Origin: Desulfarculales bacterium UBA696 | GTDB lineage: Bacteria; Desulfobacterota; Syntrophobacteria; Syntrophobacterales; Syntrophobacteraceae | Assembly (NCBI GenBank): GCA_002298995.1 | Contig: DBMO01000046.1 | Coordinates: forward strand, 12,567 to 76,566 | Direction: 5' to 3' | DNA length: 64,000 nucleotides | Shown: piece by piece, positions 38,419 through 46,412 of the stretch | Layout: each line of letters begins with the position of its first letter | Position numbering within the stretch: the stretch's first letter is position 1 | Notes under the pieces: model-generated | The model's input: the letters and a program-made list of their open reading frames with translations, nothing else | Database searches by the model: none | What the model was told of the DNA's origin: nothing | Translations under genes and position numbers: made by a program

Positions 38419-38916
38419 CTAACCCACTTTATAAAATGCCTTTTCACCCGAGCCGCAGATCGGGCACTGACCGGGCGCTTCTCCGCCGCATGTGAAGCCG
38501 CAGACCGAGCATACGTGGTAATCGGTCTCATCGAGATTGCCCATCTCTTCCAGTGCCTCCTTGTAGAGAGTAGCATGCACCGTCTCCACCGCGTTTGCGT
38601 AAGTAAAGCTGCGCAGGGCCGCCTTGTTCTCTTCCCGTCTGGCCAAATCGATCATCGGCGGATACATCTCGACGAACTCGAAGGTCTCCCCATCAATTGC
38701 AGCCTTGAGGTTTTCCGCTGTAGTGCCGACCTTTCCCACCACATTCAGGTGAGAGAGGGCATGAATGGTCTCGGCTTCGGCAACAGCCCTGAAAAGCTTG
38801 GCGACCTGATGGTAGCCCTCTTTTTCCGCCTGTTTCGCAAATGCGAGATACTTCCTGTTCGCCTGAGATTCGCCCGCGAATGCCTGGATGAGATTGCGTT
38901 CGGTCTTGCCTTCCAT
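38419..38916 (-). CDS. rbr: Rubrerythrin
   Basis: Diiron motifs ESQANRKY...EAETIHA and a C-terminal rubredoxin-like CSVCG...CPICG. GGGAGG lies 5 nt before the ATG at 38916. Confidence 0.9.
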   Translation of the reverse strand: MEGKTERNLIQAFAGESQANRKYLAFAKQAEKEGYHQVAKLFRAVAEAETIHALSHLNVVGKVGTTAENLKAAIDGETFEFVEMYPPMIDLARREENKAALRSFTYANAVETVHATLYKEALEEMGNLDETDYHVCSVCGFTCGGEAPGQCPICGSGEKAFYKVG

Positions 38917-39211
38917 CTTTTCCTCCCGGTTGTCCTTTAAGAACATCTTTTCTTGCGCCAATTGGTGAACCGACACCCGGTCCCTCCGCCGTAAAGTGTT
39001 TCCCCGCCCGTTTTACGCGACCGGATTTCGCGATATGGGCCTCTTTTTCCTCCCTGGCCATCTTCCTGAGCTTGAAGGCCGAGTCCCTCAGAAATCCATA
39101 GAGCACCCCGCAGCCGACGTCCTCCCTGGCTCCGTCGCCAAGATCGGCTGTCTCGGCCATGAGGTCCGCAAGGCGAAGTGTCCTTTCCAGAATTTCGTCG
39201 CATTGTTTCAT
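38693..39211 (-). CDS. Hypothetical ORF upstream of rbr; 3' extent doubtful
   Basis: MKQCDEILERTLRLADLMAETADLGDGAREDVGCGVLYGFLRDSAFKLRKMAREEKEAH looks like real helical protein. The frame stays open for ~220 nt into rbr, where the translation is Gly/Arg-rich and looks like junk. Confidence 0.3.
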   Translation of the reverse strand: MKQCDEILERTLRLADLMAETADLGDGAREDVGCGVLYGFLRDSAFKLRKMAREEKEAHIAKSGRVKRAGKHFTAEGPGVGSPIGARKDVLKGQPGGKDGRQDRTQSHPGIRGRISGEQEVSRICETGGKRGLPSGRQAFQGCCRSRDHSCPLSPECGGKGRHYSGKPQGCN

Positions 39212-39910
39212 CCGGCTACTCCCTCGAAACGGTTTTGACCTAATTAAGGCAAGAGCCGTACCAGGCGGCAATGGGACAATCGCATTTTAATATCCTATGT
39301 TATTTCCAACTGTTACGACAAGCGGCGATCTCCGGCGGCATTCATTCACAATGGGATTTGAGACAACTAATGAGACACTCGGATTAAAGCCGGCGAGACA
39401 CCTTTCGAAACCACGTATTGCTATCAGTGGCGAAACGGAGTGTTTAGGCGGGGCGAAAAGCTGTATCAAGTTCAAACCCGAGACAAAGTTGTCTCATGAG
39501 ACACATTCCAGAAATTTATCGCGGTGCGGCAAGAATTTTGAGACCCTTTCCTTGAATATGGTCTATATATGTTTTTGTAGATATCTTCTCGGACTGGACC
39601 ATATGTCTGATTGCTCAACACTCGTTTACGCTAATCTCCTCAGAGGTTCAAAATTCCGCCGTCGGTACAGGGCTGTCTCAGCGCCCGCGAACATAAGCGC
39701 AAGTAGGATAAAAATACGGTATTTTACCCATTTAGGTTTCCAGGCTCAGGTATTAGTTAGGACCACACAGAGTCGCGTGCTTTTGAGAAACTATGTGCAA
39801 ACGTTGTGGGGGAAGGCCCCGCTCCGCCCTTTTGCGGTTTTTTCGTATTCAGCTCGCAAATACTTTCCGATATTCACCAAAATGTTCATCTTCAAACCCC
39901 AGAGGCGAAT

Positions 39911-40786
39911 ATGAATGAGAATCGTCAAGCGTGGACCGATCCATTTTTGGTCTGGGCCGATTTGACCAAATCGGCTTCCGATTTCTGGCAGTCCTCCGCC
40001 AAGGCGTGGCAGGAGACAGCAACCGCGTTCGCTAAAGCAGCAATGGTGCGCGAAAGCACCGATAACGCAGCGGCGGCGTGGAAGGACCTCTTCACGGGAG
40101 CACTTTCGCCCGAAGCCTTGCAATCGCTTGGGAATTCCCCGTCTTTTAGTGAAGTCGCGGTCGAGGGGGCCAGGTCCCTGATAGACGGGTTTTTGCGCTT
40201 CCAGGAACGAATCAAGGCCACGGGCAACAACAACGGTCAGGGACCCGATTCCGGCGCTGCCGGCCACCAGGATATTTTCCGGCTGTGGATGGAATTCCAT
40301 GAAAAGGAGATCCGGCCGCTGCTCAATGTCCCGCAGATCGGGCTTACCCGATTTCACCAGGAGAAGATGAATCAGCTTCTCGACAAGTTCAACCTCTACC
40401 AGGCCGCGGTAGGCGAATTCCATTACCTGCTCTGCCGCCCGATGGAAACCTCGCTAAAGGAAATGCGCGACAAACTCGATCAGTCGCGGGAGGACGATTC
40501 ATCCAAGGATCTCAAGCAGTACTACGCGCTGTGGATAAAGACCCTCGAGGGACACTACATGGAGCTTTTCAAGTCTCCCGAGTGGAACAAGGCCCTCGCC
40601 CGCCTGGTAGATGAAGCCTCCACTTTCAGGGTTTCGAGAAACGAGATCATGGCCGATTTCATGCAGTTTTTCCCCATACCCACCAACAAGGAAATGGATG
40701 AGGTCTACAAGGAACTATACACGCTGAAGAAGATGGTGAAGGGATTGATCAAAAAAGCCTCCCAACAGGAGCCGAATGCGCGATGA
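39911..40786 (+). CDS. phaE: Class III PHA synthase subunit PhaE (by position and size)
   Basis: 291 aa with a Trp-rich N-terminus. ATGA overlap with the class III phaC immediately downstream. Confidence 0.7.
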   Translation: MNENRQAWTDPFLVWADLTKSASDFWQSSAKAWQETATAFAKAAMVRESTDNAAAAWKDLFTGALSPEALQSLGNSPSFSEVAVEGARSLIDGFLRFQERIKATGNNNGQGPDSGAAGHQDIFRLWMEFHEKEIRPLLNVPQIGLTRFHQEKMNQLLDKFNLYQAAVGEFHYLLCRPMETSLKEMRDKLDQSREDDSSKDLKQYYALWIKTLEGHYMELFKSPEWNKALARLVDEASTFRVSRNEIMADFMQFFPIPTNKEMDEVYKELYTLKKMVKGLIKKASQQEPNAR

Positions 40787-41886
40787 GTTCTCAATCAGCC
40801 TCCCACGAAAGTTTGTTGAAGGTTTTTGTCGAGGGCCTGGAAAAATCCCGTGAAAGAATTTTAAAGTCGCGAGACGTTCTTCTCGGACCCCTTGATACGG
40901 AAATCGCCACCACCCCCAGCGAAGTCGTCTACCAGGAAGACAGGGTAAAGCTCAAATATTACAAGCCGGCCAACCCCGAAAACCGAATCAAGACCCCGCT
41001 TCTGGTCGTCTACGCCCTGATTAACCGGGAGACCATGCTCGATCTTCAGCCAGGCCGCAGCGTTGTCCAAAACCTCCTCAAGGAGGGAATCGACCTCTAC
41101 ATGGTCGACTGGGGCTACCCCACCCGCAAAGACCGGTTCCTTACCATCGGCGACCACGTCAACGGATACCTGGACAATATCGTCGATTTCGTACGCAAGC
41201 GACATAAAGTCGATAAAATCAATATCATGGGAATTTGCATGGGCGGGACTTTTTCGGTGATGTATTCCGCCCTGCACCCGGAAAAAGTTAAAAACCTCAT
41301 TACGACCGTAACCCCGAGCAACTTCGAGACCAGCAAGGGCCTTCTCCATATCTGGACCAAGGACCTCAACCTGGACCACGTAGTTGATGCATTCGGCAAT
41401 GTGCCGGGGGACCTGTTGAATGTGGGGTTTTTACTCCTCAATCCGGCGCGCCTCGTTATCGACAAATACATGAATTATTTCGAGAATATAGATAATAAGG
41501 AATACATCGAGAACTTCATACGGATGGAAAAGTGGATTTTCGACAGCCCGGACGTTCCCGGCGAGACAATCCGCCAATTCATCGATGACTGCTACAAGAA
41601 AAACCTCCTGATCCAGAGCAAGATGGAACTGGACGGCGAATTGGTTGACCTTAAAAAGGTAACGATGCCGCTCCTGAACGTCTACGGCAAATACGACCAC
41701 CTGGTGCCCCCCGAGGCATGCGACGCCCTCACCAGCAAAGTCGGCAGCCTCGATGCCGAAAACATCTGCCTCGACACCGGCCACATCGGCATCTTCGTCA
41801 GCTCGAAAAGCCAGAAGGAATTGATCCCCAAGGTAATAGACTGGCTGAGACAACGGGACGGCAAAGCCAAACGGGCAAAGCACTAG
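40783..41886 (+). CDS. phaC: Class III poly(R)-hydroxyalkanoate synthase catalytic subunit
   Basis: 367 aa, lipase-box variant GICMGG with catalytic Cys, and C-terminal DTGHIGIFVS (His). Confidence 0.9.
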   Translation: MSSQSASHESLLKVFVEGLEKSRERILKSRDVLLGPLDTEIATTPSEVVYQEDRVKLKYYKPANPENRIKTPLLVVYALINRETMLDLQPGRSVVQNLLKEGIDLYMVDWGYPTRKDRFLTIGDHVNGYLDNIVDFVRKRHKVDKINIMGICMGGTFSVMYSALHPEKVKNLITTVTPSNFETSKGLLHIWTKDLNLDHVVDAFGNVPGDLLNVGFLLLNPARLVIDKYMNYFENIDNKEYIENFIRMEKWIFDSPDVPGETIRQFIDDCYKKNLLIQSKMELDGELVDLKKVTMPLLNVYGKYDHLVPPEACDALTSKVGSLDAENICLDTGHIGIFVSSKSQKELIPKVIDWLRQRDGKAKRAKH

Positions 41887-41957
41887 CTTTGGCTGTTTGT
41901 TTAAGGAGGTATCGTACACCGAACCTACCGAGCTTTATTTAACGATAAATTGATCAG

Positions 41958-41990
41958 AATGGGCAGGGCTTCGGCCGTGCCCATTTGCAT
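41958..41990 (+). terminator. Hairpin downstream of phaC
   Basis: AATGGGCA-ggg cttcg gccg-TGCCCATT followed by TGCATTT. The T-run is weak. Confidence 0.5.
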
Positions 41991-42039
41991 TTGAGCTTGC
42001 CGGGCTCGACCGGGCACGGGGGACATTCCGTCAGCGTAA

Positions 42040-42089
42040 AATCAATGCGGGCGGCCAGGACACTTGCTGCCGGGCCGCCCGCATTGATT
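42040..42089. repeat. Perfect 17-bp inverted repeat with a 16-nt loop
   Basis: AATCAATGCGGGCGGCC (42040-42056) pairs with GGCCGCCCGCATTGATT (42073-42089). No T-run follows. Confidence 0.85.
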
Positions 42090-42541
42090 CTCCAAGCGTT
42101 CTGAATGAGGGAATGAGCTAATCCGAAATCACCTGATTAATGAAGGCTGAATTGTCGCAATTCTCCCGCGGAGGCCGCTAAGAGGACTTCTTCAATTTTG
42201 ATCTCGGCAATGTAAGACCTGGTGAAATGTCAGGATTCTTTACGAAAGTATAACATGGGCTTGGCGCCCATCCCTAAGAGGTTTGCTTGGAATTATGCTT
42301 TTGGCTTTTGTCGGAATGTTTTACACTCTCTCGAAATAATGTTCTCGGATTGGCTCTTATCCTAATCCTAACATGTAGATATAAATAGCATTACTTCAAT
42401 GGGCATGAGATTTGCTTGGCTTTACAGCTGTAGCTCGTGTTTTCGGTTATCAAAGAAAAACCTCTGCCGCCAAGCAAATGTGGCAGAGGAAACTTATGGG
42501 ATATCAAGGTATTCGTTGGACAACAAGAGGAGGAATTATCA

Positions 42542-43162
42542 ATGAAGATGCACAAAGCGATGTTTCTGATAGCTCTGACGCTCGCTGTGGTCTTAGCTGG
42601 CAGTATTGCGCAGGCGAACCTGATTACGGGTAAACTTTGGCACGTCTCTGAGGCGGTATCACAAAACGCCATCCCGGCAAATGTGCCACTTACGACGCCG
42701 GATGTTACGTTCGATGTGAATGCGGTCAACTTTGATTCTCAAACTTCAGGGTACTCAGTTGGGGCCTTCCTGACAGGCGGAGGGGCTTTTAATATTACAG
42801 AAAACACTTCCGGCACCCTCGCCTCATTTCTGGATCCCGTACTCATCGAATTTAGCGGCCATGTCTCGGTCACTACTGGTATGTCATTTACCGTAGCGCA
42901 CGATGACGGTTTGACACTGATCATCAATGGTACCAACCTGGGATTCAATCCTGGCCCTTCGGCGCCCGCGACCACTACACTAAACTGGGGTGGACCATCA
43001 GGTACCTTCGACTTTCAGTTGGTGTATGGTGAGTGCTGTGGTCCCCCGGCAGTGCTGAAGACCAGTCTTCCTCTAAATAATGTCCCCGAACCCGGCATGA
43101 TGCTCCTTATTGGCTCGGGATTGCTGGGCTTGGCTGCGTTAAGGACCAAGTTCAAGAAATAG
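42542..43162 (+). CDS. PEP-CTERM-anchored secreted protein with a PA14-like domain
   Basis: GGAGG RBS. Signal peptide MKMHKAMFLIALTLAVVLAGSIAQA. AHDDGLTLIINGTNL is PA14-like. C-terminal VPEPGMMLLIGSGLLGLAALRTKFKK is a PEP-CTERM sorting signal. Confidence 0.8.
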   Translation: MKMHKAMFLIALTLAVVLAGSIAQANLITGKLWHVSEAVSQNAIPANVPLTTPDVTFDVNAVNFDSQTSGYSVGAFLTGGGAFNITENTSGTLASFLDPVLIEFSGHVSVTTGMSFTVAHDDGLTLIINGTNLGFNPGPSAPATTTLNWGGPSGTFDFQLVYGECCGPPAVLKTSLPLNNVPEPGMMLLIGSGLLGLAALRTKFKK

Positions 43163-43195
43163 CGTAAGCGCTTTTCAAGCGTTGCAAGAAAGGAA

Positions 43196-43225
43196 GGCAG
43201 GGTCTAATCGGCCCTGCCTTTTTTT
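43196..43225 (+). terminator. Rho-independent terminator
   Basis: GGCAGGG-tctaatcgg-CCCTGCC followed by TTTTTTT. Confidence 0.8.
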
Positions 43226-43266
43226 CGTCACAAAACAAATCTTTCCTGACAGGAGTTTCCACAACC

Positions 43267-44226
43267 ATGCCATCTTGCCCTAAAACGGCGCGGGTCATTC
43301 AGGTTTTCATTGGCCTGGTTTTCATCCTGGCAGGTATGGTTAAAGTCTGGGAGCCTCTCCTTTTCTACTGGGAGGTCCTGCCCCTTACCCAGTCCCTTAC
43401 CCAGATGTTAGGCCTGGGGAACGCCATCTGGCCGTTGCCCGCGCGGCTAGCACTCCTGTTGGGACCAATTGAAACGGGACTTGGATTGGCGCTCATACTC
43501 AACTGGCGTCCTGGTTTCGTTCTGCCTTTGAGCGTTTCCATGACAGCCTGTTTCCTTGGGTTCATGCTCTACGTGTGGCGCCTCGGTGCGGGAGACGACT
43601 GCGGTTGCTTCGGATTTCTGGTCGAACGAAGTCCCGGTGAAGCTGCAACAGAGGATTCAGTGATGTTGGGGCTGCTCCTTTTTGCCTGGTGGGCCAGGAA
43701 GCGGGAGGAGATCGGTCCCAGAAGAATTAATGGCTGGCTGGTGTTGGGGGGCACTGTCCTTGCTCTGGCCTTGGGAGGGATAAGATTTTTCCCTGTCATG
43801 GATCGCCTGGACGCATCGGACCTGCGGGTGGGATTCCAGATAAGCGGATTGAGGCTTACTGGAGCAGATGCCGATCTGATGAAGGGTGAACATCTGGTCG
43901 AGTTTTTCAGCCCGATCTGTATGAAATGTGAAAGAATGGTCCCCATGCTGAACAAAGGCAAGGAAAAGCCCGGGCTTCCTCAAGTCATCGGCCTTACCGC
44001 CTATGCTCAGGATTCCGCTGAGTTGCTCATATTCAAGCTCAAAACTCAGCCTAACTACCCCATGGCGACTATCTCGAGGCCGGATTTTCTACGCCTCACT
44101 TGGCGTAGCCCATATCCCCGCCTGGCATATGTGCGTGACGGGACCATCTTGTGTGTATGGGAATCCGATGATCATCCAACGTGGACACAGATTGAAAGTT
44201 CGATAACCGAAAGTGTGAAACGGTAG
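43267..44226 (+). CDS. MauE/DoxX-like membrane domain fused to a thioredoxin-like (CxxC) domain
   Basis: N-terminal 4-5 TM segments (VIQVFIGLVFILAGMVKVWEP...). C-terminal FFSPICMKCERMVPML carries a CxxC motif in a Trx-like context. Confidence 0.6.
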   Translation: MPSCPKTARVIQVFIGLVFILAGMVKVWEPLLFYWEVLPLTQSLTQMLGLGNAIWPLPARLALLLGPIETGLGLALILNWRPGFVLPLSVSMTACFLGFMLYVWRLGAGDDCGCFGFLVERSPGEAATEDSVMLGLLLFAWWARKREEIGPRRINGWLVLGGTVLALALGGIRFFPVMDRLDASDLRVGFQISGLRLTGADADLMKGEHLVEFFSPICMKCERMVPMLNKGKEKPGLPQVIGLTAYAQDSAELLIFKLKTQPNYPMATISRPDFLRLTWRSPYPRLAYVRDGTILCVWESDDHPTWTQIESSITESVKR

Positions 44227-44317
44227 GCAATTGCTTTTTAGGGGTCTAATACTGATTTACCAAGAAAATGCTCAATTTTCATGCTTCGCGGGCGAGGCGC
44301 AGCATCATGGAAAATTG

Positions 44318-44455
44318 CGTTCAAGTTGCGCCTAAAAACCGATGGGTTCCGCTCCTCTCCACCCATCCTACGCTCAGTCTGCGTGCTAGGTTAAGATGTA
44401 GGATGGGTGGAGAGGAGCGGAACCCATCGGTTCAATCTTGAACGCGAGCTGGTAT
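44318..44455. repeat. Palindromic dispersed element (33-bp perfect inverted repeat plus conserved right flank)
   Basis: CCGATGGGTTCCGCTCCTCTCCACCCATCCTAC (44339-44371) pairs with its exact reverse complement at 44398-44430, separated by a 26-nt spacer. Outer arms GCGTTCAAG/CTTGAACGC. The right half plus flank recurs at 53860-53901. Confidence 0.9.
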
Positions 44456-44759
44456 AAACACAGTGAGGTCCCAAGGTGCAAAAGACAACCTGGGGGGGCA
44501 CGCACGATGTTAGAACCCATCCTCATTAGGCTTTGGCAGGAAAACAAAAGTCTGCCACGGCCCTGCCCCAAGTCACCCCAAAACAGTATCCCGCCCGAAA
44601 ACATCAGGCATGAGAACAAATGGCGCCAATCCCGCTTAAGCGATCAACCCTGCTGGCTTAATCGCATCTGGACAAAAACAGGATATTTGTGTTTACTTGC
44701 CGTGCGAAATTTGGCTGAAACCGAGCACCGAAACCGAAACGAAAGGCGCGGGTTTATGT

Positions 44760-45530
44760 ATGTCTGATATACCGCCATTTCTCACCTCCACAAAATTATC
44801 TAGCGTGCCGGGCCTGGTGCATGGATTTTTTACGAGGGCCGGCGGGGTGAGCGGGCCGCCTTATGACAGCCTCAATGCGTCGTGGAGCAATGGGGATTCG
44901 GCGCAAGCGGTTTCGGAAAATCTTTCGCGGATAATGGCTGCGCTGGGACTGGAACGGCTCGTTTCAAGCCGCCAGGTTCACGGCGATGTGATCAATGTTG
45001 TTGGCGAGAGCACACTGCGCTCTTTCAAGGCAAGGCCCCCTATTCTTCTTGCGGACCCGGGCGATGCCCTGGTGACAGGCATTTCCGATACCGGCCTTCT
45101 AATCAAGATTGCCGACTGCCAGTCGGTATTCCTGGTTGATCCCGAAAGGCGAATGTGCGCCAACGTGCATTCGGGCTGGCGCGGGAGCGTTCAAAATGTC
45201 GCGGGAAAGACCGTGGAATACCTGCGGGAGCGGTTTAATTGCCTCCCTGGAAGGATGCTTGCCGCCGTGGGCCCGTCGCTTGGGCCTTGTTGCGCGGAAT
45301 ACGTGAATTTTAGAAATGAATTCCCGCCCGACTTGTGGCATTTTCAGACCCGGCCCGCCTACTTCGATTTTTGGGCAATGACGCGGCACCAGTTGGTCGA
45401 GGCCGGAATTCCCAATGAGAATATCGATATTCTCGGGCGGTGCACTGTTTGCGAGAAGTCGACCTTTTTTTCGTACCGGGGCGAGCGCGATACAGGCAGG
45501 ATGGCAGCCGTGATCGGGTGGAAGGGTTAG
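44760..45530 (+). CDS. pgeF: Peptidoglycan editing factor PgeF (YfiH/DUF152 family)
   Basis: QVHGDVI, ADCQSVFLVD, HSGWRG and GPCCAEY motifs. Confidence 0.85.
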   Translation: MSDIPPFLTSTKLSSVPGLVHGFFTRAGGVSGPPYDSLNASWSNGDSAQAVSENLSRIMAALGLERLVSSRQVHGDVINVVGESTLRSFKARPPILLADPGDALVTGISDTGLLIKIADCQSVFLVDPERRMCANVHSGWRGSVQNVAGKTVEYLRERFNCLPGRMLAAVGPSLGPCCAEYVNFRNEFPPDLWHFQTRPAYFDFWAMTRHQLVEAGIPNENIDILGRCTVCEKSTFFSYRGERDTGRMAAVIGWKG

Positions 45531-45542
45531 GCTGGGAGCCAA

Positions 45543-46412
45543 GTGGAAAAAGTCCTCGAAACAGCGCGCATAATCTGCCGGGAGAGCCTGGCGCCTCTGA
45601 TTGTCCGCCTTCGCCTGCACTCCCCCGGGATCAGCGCGGCGGCACGGGCCGGGCAGTTCGTGATGCTCAAGGTCCGGGAAGGAATCGATCCCCTTCTTCG
45701 ACGCCCTTTTTCATTCCACCGAATCCACCCCGATAAGGGGGAGATAGAGGTTCTTTTCAGGATCGCGGGGCGTGGGACCCTTGCACTTTCCAAGCTTGGC
45801 CCGGGAGATCCGGTCAGCCTCATCGGACCTCTTGGCAACGGGTTCGAACTTCCACTCGACCGAACCACCCAGATTGCCTTCATTGCCGGAGGGATCGGGA
45901 TCGCACCGCTCGGGGAGCTGATTGCACAGGCACTCTCCGGCCCCGGCCAGACTCAGAAAGCGCACCTTTTCTACGGCGCCCGGTCGGCATCCGAGCTACT
46001 TCCCGAAGATATTGTGAGCCAATTCGGGTTGCGCGTCCACTTTGCAACCGATGACGGCAGCTTCGGCTACAAGGGACGTGTGACAAAGCTCTTCGAGGAG
46101 TTCACCGCTCGGGCGGATGAGGATTTCAGGCCGGCCGAGGTCTACTCCTGCGGGCCTCTTGCCATGCAGTACCATGTAGCCAAATGGGCGCTTGAAAATG
46201 ACGCCCTGTCCCAGCTTTCACTCGAATCGCTCATGGGCTGCGGAATAGGAGCCTGCCTCGGGTGCGCCCTGCCCGCCGCTGATTGCGGACCGGGAGACGA
46301 TCAGCGCTTCGTCCATGTCTGTGAAGATGGCCCAATATTTTCCGCGGGATCGATAAAATGGAACCAAATCCTGATCCAACAATCGCCGCCCCCGACCTAT
46401 CTGTTCAGTTAG
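45543..46412 (+). CDS. pyrK: Dihydroorotate dehydrogenase B electron-transfer subunit
   Basis: FAD/NAD-binding fold (RRPFSF, GGIGIAP) and a C-terminal 2Fe-2S motif CGIGACLGC...C. GTG start. Confidence 0.85.
   Translation: MEKVLETARIICRESLAPLIVRLRLHSPGISAAARAGQFVMLKVREGIDPLLRRPFSFHRIHPDKGEIEVLFRIAGRGTLALSKLGPGDPVSLIGPLGNGFELPLDRTTQIAFIAGGIGIAPLGELIAQALSGPGQTQKAHLFYGARSASELLPEDIVSQFGLRVHFATDDGSFGYKGRVTKLFEEFTARADEDFRPAEVYSCGPLAMQYHVAKWALENDALSQLSLESLMGCGIGACLGCALPAADCGPGDDQRFVHVCEDGPIFSAGSIKWNQILIQQSPPPTYLFS

Noticed and set aside
44622-44640. Sigma54-type promoter (TGGCGC-N5-CCGCT) upstream of pgeF; other GG/GC candidates upstream of hppA, the PEP-CTERM gene and phaE
   Set aside because: Only the GG-N10-GC spacing fits at 44622, and the -12 element is poor (CCGC rather than TTGC). 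The other candidates have the wrong spacing. No enhancer-binding protein gene is nearby.
44438-44767. Two ORFs with similar N-termini (MNASWY... at 44438 and MNVSWY... at 53884), suggesting a small protein family
   Set aside because: The similarity is confined to the shared DNA repeat (TTGAACG[C/T]GAGCTGGTAT). Downstream sequences are unrelated and look non-coding.
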